In this document: piece after piece, positions 17,492-21,955 of the stretch
Layout of the letters: every line of letters starts with the position of its first letter
Position numbering within the stretch: position 1 is the stretch's first letter
Source: Candidatus Thorarchaeota archaeon
GTDB lineage: Archaea > Asgardarchaeota > Heimdallarchaeia > Hodarchaeales > Hodarchaeaceae
DNA length: 21,955 nucleotides
Direction of reading: 5' to 3'
NCBI GenBank assembly: GCA_048882505.1
Contig: JBHLRO010000037.1
Coordinates: 1-21,955 of the forward strand
Made by a program: the position numbers and the translations under genes
The notes under the pieces: generated by a model
What the model saw: the letters and a program-made list of their open reading frames with translations, nothing else
Database searches by the model: none
What the model was told of the DNA's origin: nothing

Positions 17492-17590
17492 AGGTGCTCG
17501 ATATGGGAGATGGCTGAATTTCTTAAAGGAAATCAAGAATCCCCTCCATTGGCAATTAATACAATCCTCTGATGCCTTCCCTTTCTCACC

Positions 17591-17995
17591 TTATCCAATG
17601 ACCTGAAATTCAGCCTGTGTAAAATGGGAATCATAAGTAAACGCCGCGCCTATTTCCAATGATTGCATTACCACGAAACTTGTACAATCTGTGAAGCTAT
17701 AGGTCTTATCTTGACTCTCTTTAAACCATTCCCATGATTTTTTTTCTAATGCTTCCAATATCCAAATTATTCTGATATTGGATGAATTCCGGATCGCTTC
17801 ACCGATTTCGATAGCCTCTTCATGTGATACCCGCCTCCTAAGAAGAGTATAAAGCTCATCCAGAATATAGTTCGTGGTTACCATTTTTCCATACTTCCCG
17901 CCCCTAATTTCAGCTTCTACTCGGACTGCTGAAGAATGATTCACGTCATTTTTCACCTTAGAGGCAAAAAAAGCTCCTGTATCTATGAAAATCAA
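17591..17995 (-). CDS. vapC: PIN-domain toxin of a type II TA system
   Basis: IFIDTGAF, TTNYILDE, SFTDCTSF, FTYDSHF: the four conserved acidic PIN motifs. AAGGTGAT RBS with TTG start. Confidence 0.92.
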   Translation of the reverse strand: MIFIDTGAFFASKVKNDVNHSSAVRVEAEIRGGKYGKMVTTNYILDELYTLLRRRVSHEEAIEIGEAIRNSSNIRIIWILEALEKKSWEWFKESQDKTYSFTDCTSFVVMQSLEIGAAFTYDSHFTQAEFQVIG

Positions 17996-18031
17996 TTCAT
18001 CACCTTTGAGAATACCAATAAAAGAAATTAT

Positions 18032-18274
18032 TCATTCTCTTTTATAAATAATTTGATCTACTTCTTCTGATGCCTTCTCTTCCTTGAACTTCGACGTTAC
18101 CGCTAGATTAAAGTACGGATCGTTTTCGTCAATCGCGTCGCTCTTGAGTAGATTCAAAATTGCTCGTCTAACTGCTTCTTTGATTGAGATATCATGTTGA
18201 GTCGCATAATCAACCAGAATTGCATGCTCTTCCGGGGATAGAGTGGTTTGAACGACTTTTTCTTTCGACTTCAT
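18032..18274 (-). CDS. vapB: CopG/ribbon-helix-helix antitoxin
   Basis: VVQTTLSPEEHAILVDYATQHDISIKEAVRRAI (RHH pattern) with an acidic C-terminus, directly upstream of the PIN gene. Confidence 0.85.
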   Translation of the reverse strand: MKSKEKVVQTTLSPEEHAILVDYATQHDISIKEAVRRAILNLLKSDAIDENDPYFNLAVTSKFKEEKASEEVDQIIYKRE

Positions 18275-18275
18275 C

Positions 18276-18318
18276 TCACATCTCTCATATCGAATGCAAG
18301 ATGTGATTGATATAAACT
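18276..18318 (-). promoter_or_regulatory. vapBC promoter with inverted-repeat operator
   Basis: TCACATCT (18276-18283), N15, AGATGTGA (18299-18306), lying between a TTTATATC TATA-like box (about 18311-18318, - strand) and the vapB start. Confidence 0.55.
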
Positions 18319-18396
18319 TTCTGGTAGATCATTGATTTCTGCCGGAGAGCGTGTCATTTGCCATGAACTTACCCGCGTTTTCCCAACAGAAAGTTC

Positions 18397-18480
18397 TACG
18401 ATAGCCTTGTCTTCAATCCCGTCAATAAAATGTTACGCTGGAGCCAACATGAGAGTACAACTCCAAGAAACTCACGTTGA
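18397..18480 (+). pseudogene. R1 copy 4: decayed HerA-like 3'-end relic
   Basis: Reads YDSLVFNPVNKMLRWSQHESTTPRNSR*. Core TTCAATCCCGTCAATAAAAT at 18412-18431. TGA at 18478-18480. A partly deleted CAACAG segment lies upstream (about 18382-18396). Confidence 0.85.
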
Positions 18481-18556
18481 ATTAGGAAATTTTAGAGTTT
18501 AATTGAAATACATTAAACATCCCGTGCAACAAAGAAGAGACACGTCCCAGGCCGCC

Positions 18557-18826
18557 TCAAAAACCGAACAGAGAGGTGAAACCAAAAACGAACATCACTA
18601 TCATCATGAAAGCCATGAATATTATGAAAACAATGAACATTAACATCATCGGAGGAAAACTCCGCACTCTCCTTGGCCTCCATTGCTGAGCTGGAATTGG
18701 TGTTTGAGCGGACGGGGGTTGATACGTATATTGAGCTTTAGGCTCATCAGAAAACTGAGCCGCTCCACAATTGGGGCAGAACTTCGCATTACCTATTTCT
18801 TCACCGCAATTACTACAAAATGCCAT
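18557..18826 (-). CDS. Zinc-ribbon domain membrane protein
   Basis: FCSNCGEEIGNAKFCPNCGAAQ zinc ribbon, Pro/Gln-rich linker, C-terminal Met/Phe-rich TM segment. Confidence 0.82.
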   Translation of the reverse strand: MAFCSNCGEEIGNAKFCPNCGAAQFSDEPKAQYTYQPPSAQTPIPAQQWRPRRVRSFPPMMLMFIVFIIFMAFMMIVMFVFGFTSLFGF

Positions 18827-19033
18827 GGTGATTCCTTACCGTCAATATTCGGTACGTTCTTCCATTCCACCAAATTGGGGTTTATAAGAAAATTCTTGCG
18901 TTTATCGTAAAAACACATCTTCTGGAGATTTCGGTCAATAAATTAGAATCTTAATACCCCATTTGGTCTTTTGATCTATCAAACTGGAAATTAGTTTTTA
19001 GATTTCTGCCTTTTATGCCTAGCTTACGGATAT

Positions 19034-19087
19034 AAAAGTAAAAAAGGATTCTAGTTGAATTTTCTCAAGACCACTCAATTCACCTAG
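19034..19087 (-). terminator. Putative hairpin plus U-tract terminator downstream of 19132..21807
   Basis: On the - strand: CTAGGTGAATT, 15-nt loop, AATTCAACTAG (10/11 bp stem, 19051-19087), followed by AATCCTTTTTTACTTTT. Confidence 0.45.
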
Positions 19088-19131
19088 GTAAATTAAACAA
19101 TGAAAGACAGAATAACAACATTATTTCAAGG

Positions 19132-21807
19132 TTAACTTTTTCTACTTTTTATCGTTATTGGAATGACAAACAACGCAAAAATACAAGCTAGCAATCCTAA
19201 ACTAGTGGTAGTTGATTTTGAGGTAATTTCAGTGGTGGTTGATTCTGAGGAAGGTTCAGTGGTGGTTGATTCTGAGGAAGGTTTTTCTATATAGACTCCC
19301 CCACTGGTATAATAGTGGATTAATTGATATGAAGGTCCATCATTTTGTTGAAAGTTCTGAATAAAAAGTCCAAACGAATACTTTTTTTCGTTCCATTCAT
19401 CTTCCTCGGAAATACCTGCGATAGCTCCTTGATATTTCATACTGGATCCAGCTATAACCTGATGACCTTTACCAAAACCACCACCAAAACTCACATCTAA
19501 CCCAAAACCTGAAACTTCAACTCCTGCTGAAACAGTAAAATCCCAAGTATGTTCCTCAGTCGTCACTTTTTCTTCTGTCCTTGTATATGTTAAAGTACTT
19601 CCAGTAAAGATGCCCTCACCCATTATAACTGAGATAGGAGGTTCTACTATCCTCTCAACAGATGGTCCAAGCTCTTTTACCTCCGTTAATGAAGGATAAG
19701 TTGTGGGTTGACCTATTGTATGCGTAAATGTTTCAGAACCAATTTTACTAGTCAATGTGGAATTTATATTATTATAATAGGTGACTGAAGTGCAATAAAC
19801 ATTTATATCAAGAGGGACATCAATTGAGAGATTATATCCTACCATTGAAGGATCGGGGTGTGTTAGTATTCTGTAAACATAAGATTCATAATCAATTGCA
19901 TCATAAATAACGTAATTATTGTCATAACCAGAGACATATTGGACTCCTATTGTTTCTGTTTCTGTAGTTGTTTCAGTATGTAAAAGCTGATAATTAAATT
20001 CGAATGCCGAATGAACTTTAACCCCTAAACCGAATAATTGACAATCTAAACCATATGAAATCTTTAGACCCGCATGGATATTGAATTGCTCTGAATACCC
20101 CGAACCTGTTGAGGTATCCGATGAAATCGAAGTATAACTGCAGTTATCATTTATTCCTTGATATGCTGGAGGGGCAGCTAAAACAAAGAGAGGTCTATTA
20201 GGCATTAAACTGGGAAAATGCACTCCTGAATACTCTATCATAATCCCATCCCCATCAAAATCACCAATAACAGGCATTCCTTCTGATTCAGGACTGCGTA
20301 TTACTGCCATGGTTCTGGTTATTGGATCATATTTGACTATCTTTGTATCTCGATCTTGAACTTCGGGAATAACGTGTCCAAACAAATAATTACCATAATA
20401 TTGAACAGAGGAGAATATAATTTCTGGAATACTATCAAGATCTACATCACAGAAATCGAACGATTTCGCAGCCCAATTACAATCAGTACCAGTAAAATGA
20501 CATATTTTTTGAAAATTATGCTTCTGGTCATCAAAAATCATGACAACCCAATTATCTTTCATGTTCATTTCAATCCCAGCAACGATGGTTTCACTTAAAC
20601 CATCTCCATCAATATCTGCTGCTCCAATAGAAGGATACCAGAGGTATTCCACTGGCATAGTTCCACTTGCAGGATATGTTGTTGTTGAACTTCCGTACTT
20701 CCAAATAACTCTTTCCAGGTATTGATGATAAGGTTGATATTCGTCAGGATCCTCATCAAATGGATAACGACAATCCATTAAAACTACATCTTGGACTATA
20801 TCACCATCAAAATCTCCTGTCGCGAGATATTGAGGCATGTTTACCGGATAACCTTGATTTGCTCCAATATCTTCTGGTCCATCGACTTGAACCAGCATAT
20901 TTTCGATTGTGAGCTCCCAATGATAGTATTTTCCAGAAAAACAGATAGCTACAATCTCATTTAGGTTATCATTATCAAAATCTCCAATTTCAATATCTTG
21001 AATAATCTCCGTGTCAATATCTGTAATTGCAAAGGCAATTCCGCCAGGTCCTGTCGGTCTAGCATATTCTGTTGTCCCAGGAATATAAAAAGTTCCATCA
21101 TTTTTGCATGGATCCCAAATTTGGATCCCAGCAGAAGTTTGCAAATGTTCCGCAGAAGTAATGGCGATTTCTAAACCAGGATCAGCGTTAAATTGACCCA
21201 GTTCAATTGTTGCATACTGTGCAATAATATCTAGGGAATAATTGTTGCCGTTTGAATCCTCTTTCACTTCCAATAATTGATTAGTATTATCATAACTATA
21301 AATTCTAACACAACCCTCCTTATCAACTGTGACAAGCTCATCTTTATTGTCCCCATCAACATCTCCACATGCAGTCGATAATATATATTTTCCTGAAAAT
21401 GTGGCTGCAGAAGCTAATAAACTACTATACGGGTCATTAGCAATTGCATTCTCGATCAGATACCCATTCCCACCGGTGTCTGGCTGGTCTGTAGGCATAA
21501 CAAATCCGATTTCATCAATGCCAATTATAGCCATCTTATCGTCACCTAGGGGATGATTCCCATTCGCAACCCCAGGAGTATCAGTAGTAACTTGATTACT
21601 CTCCGTTGTTCGTTCTATTTGTGTTCCATCTGCTTTATAATCCACATGAAGGATACTTAGATCCCTTATCTTATCGTTCAAAACTCCATTATCCATTTCG
21701 TTTTTATTATTCTGATTTGAAGGAACAGAAAGAATAGATACAATCATAAGAAAAGTTATTATGGTAGCTAATAGGAATGTAATTGAATTTGAATATTTAA
21801 CTCTCAT
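19132..21807 (-). CDS. Large cell-surface FG-GAP repeat protein with two Ser/Thr-flanked amphipathic beta-hairpin modules, S/T linker and C-terminal anchor
   Basis: Signal/TM at the N-terminus; FG-GAP motifs (CGDVDGDNKDE, IGDFDNDNLNE, TGDFDGDIVQD, AADIDGDGLSE, CDVDLDSIPE, IGDFDGDG); LAAPP module; SESTTTE linker; LGLLACIFALFVIPITIKSRKS anchor. Confidence 0.88.
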   Translation of the reverse strand: MRVKYSNSITFLLATIITFLMIVSILSVPSNQNNKNEMDNGVLNDKIRDLSILHVDYKADGTQIERTTESNQVTTDTPGVANGNHPLGDDKMAIIGIDEIGFVMPTDQPDTGGNGYLIENAIANDPYSSLLASAATFSGKYILSTACGDVDGDNKDELVTVDKEGCVRIYSYDNTNQLLEVKEDSNGNNYSLDIIAQYATIELGQFNADPGLEIAITSAEHLQTSAGIQIWDPCKNDGTFYIPGTTEYARPTGPGGIAFAITDIDTEIIQDIEIGDFDNDNLNEIVAICFSGKYYHWELTIENMLVQVDGPEDIGANQGYPVNMPQYLATGDFDGDIVQDVVLMDCRYPFDEDPDEYQPYHQYLERVIWKYGSSTTTYPASGTMPVEYLWYPSIGAADIDGDGLSETIVAGIEMNMKDNWVVMIFDDQKHNFQKICHFTGTDCNWAAKSFDFCDVDLDSIPEIIFSSVQYYGNYLFGHVIPEVQDRDTKIVKYDPITRTMAVIRSPESEGMPVIGDFDGDGIMIEYSGVHFPSLMPNRPLFVLAAPPAYQGINDNCSYTSISSDTSTGSGYSEQFNIHAGLKISYGLDCQLFGLGVKVHSAFEFNYQLLHTETTTETETIGVQYVSGYDNNYVIYDAIDYESYVYRILTHPDPSMVGYNLSIDVPLDINVYCTSVTYYNNINSTLTSKIGSETFTHTIGQPTTYPSLTEVKELGPSVERIVEPPISVIMGEGIFTGSTLTYTRTEEKVTTEEHTWDFTVSAGVEVSGFGLDVSFGGGFGKGHQVIAGSSMKYQGAIAGISEEDEWNEKKYSFGLFIQNFQQNDGPSYQLIHYYTSGGVYIEKPSSESTTTEPSSESTTTEITSKSTTTSLGLLACIFALFVIPITIKSRKS
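19203..19283. repeat. 27-bp tandem repeat (2 perfect copies plus 1 degenerate) encoding the PSSESTTTE linker
   Basis: CAGTGGTGGTTGATTCTGAGGAAGGTT at 19230-19256 and 19257-19283, degenerate copy at 19203-19229. Confidence 0.9.
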
Positions 21808-21953
21808 GATTTACTCAACACCACCGCAATTCTTGGAGTTCCATCTCCTCGTGAACCTCCCGGCCTACCTGGAAGTGGTTTTCTCATTATCATTTGGGTT
21901 TCTTGTAGAAACATCTGTCTGTTGAAACTAAGCAACAGAATAATAAGCAATAA
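21804..21953 (-). CDS. C-terminal end of an upstream membrane protein gene (5' part outside the window)
   Basis: Open frame LLLIILLLSFNRQMFLQETQMIMRKPLPGRPGGSRGDGTPRIAVVLSKS*. Its TGA overlaps the ATG of 19132..21807 (ATGA coupling). Confidence 0.5.
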   Translation of the reverse strand, partial: LLLIILLLSFNRQMFLQETQMIMRKPLPGRPGGSRGDGTPRIAVVLSKS

Positions 21954-21955
21954 TA

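Noticed and set aside
2400-19090. Frequent CTAG in intergenic gaps as IS target sites
   Set aside because: The rough count is close to random expectation for this composition, and no paired TSD/TIR structure was found.
1-21955. CRISPR array, tRNA/rRNA, integrase or transposase
   Set aside because: None seen. R1 and R2 are too long, too degenerate and kilobases apart; the 27-bp and CGAATA repeats are in-frame coding repeats without spacers.

Overview
A gene-dense, roughly 40-50% GC accessory region. It is probably from an Asgard archaeon (Heimdallarchaeia/Hodarchaeales-like); this is inferred from TATA-like promoters, GGAGGTG-type RBSs, an HTH_10 regulator, a RING+TPR protein, a large TPR protein and anchored FG-GAP and collagen-like surface proteins, as no marker gene is present. 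About 20 CDSs are supported. Regulators: a PadR-family gene cut by the window start (missed by the ORF track) and an HTH_10 regulator. Transport and membrane: a YdjM-like hydrolase, an EamA transporter and an ABC-2 exporter with two paralogous permeases. Surface proteins: two FG-GAP beta-propeller proteins, a collagen-like protein and several Ig/jelly-roll-like proteins. Others: a small RING-TPR protein, a HerA/FtsK-like ATPase, a TPR protein, a vapBC pair and a zinc-ribbon membrane protein. I saw no tRNA, rRNA, CRISPR array, integrase or intact transposase. The main unexplained structure is a dispersed direct repeat, R1. The 3' end of the HerA-like gene recurs as decayed intergenic copies at about 408-569, 16607-16699 and 18397-18480. 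All four copies share the core TTYAAYCCCGTCAATRAAAT and an aligned TGA, and downstream of the ATPase they cut the DNA into about 1.8-2.0 kb cargo blocks. A second, unrelated 66-bp direct repeat, R2 (2594-2659 and 5449-5514), also looks like a gene 3' end and brackets a 2.8 kb surface-protein block. Together these suggest a cassette-accretion hotspot anchored on gene 3' ends; that mechanism is inference.
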